Origin: an uncultured cyanobacterium
Lineage (GTDB): Bacteria > Cyanobacteriota > Cyanobacteriia > CAKZMO01
Reading direction: 5' to 3'
Length of the DNA stretch: 64,000 nucleotides
Assembly: GCA_963719515.1 (NCBI GenBank)
Contig: CAVRCJ010000001.1
Coordinates: forward strand, 192,001 to 256,000
Below, one piece after another: positions 63,938 to 64,000 of the stretch (within the stretch, counting starts at the first letter, position 1; each line of letters begins with the position of its first letter). The position numbers and the translations under genes were made by a program. The notes beneath the pieces were generated by a model. It had not been told where the DNA came from. It saw only the letters and a program-made list of their open reading frames with translations, and did no database searches.

Positions 63938-64000
63938 GCATAACTATATATTCAACGTCAGATCTGACGGATAACACCCTGCTTCCCAGATCTTATCAGG
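63938..64000 (-). other. Candidate integron attI site
   Basis: Minus strand GAATATATA-GTTATGC with no attC palindrome; core is the exact complement of GCATAAC in the next attC. Confidence 0.55.

Overview
Cyanobacterial chromosome segment (dense HIP1 GCGATCGC octamers; ycf3, chlD, patD). About 1-33.7 kb is core genome: metallophosphoesterase, a 1554-aa repeat/RTX secreted protein, tamB, dnaA (no adjacent dnaN), rnhA, patD, rel, KaiB-like, pilT, dxs, acyP, tatA, chlD, gatC, ycf3, tRNA-Gly, gor, sppA and aroH. A 397-bp ORF-less IS200/IS605 derivative sits just upstream of pilT. About 33.7-64 kb is accessory. It holds a deleted CHASE kinase, a RAYT with REP-like repeats, an XRE/small-ORF switch, a class III cyclase with substituted catalytic residues, and a Trypco1/trypsin-iSTAND/MoxR/vWA ternary conflict operon. 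It also holds a truncated tnpB, a MalT-like regulator module, two IS4-family elements with intact TIRs and 10-bp TSDs, and at the right end an integron-like array. That array has a candidate attI, two attC sites, a PD-(D/E)XK-like nuclease cassette and a ~118-nt tRNA-like structured element. Caveat: scattered indels begin at ~42.6 kb and are dense beyond ~48 kb. This looks more like low-accuracy long-read sequence than true decay, so calls there are approximate reconstructions by eye across frames. All family assignments come from motif recognition, not database searches.
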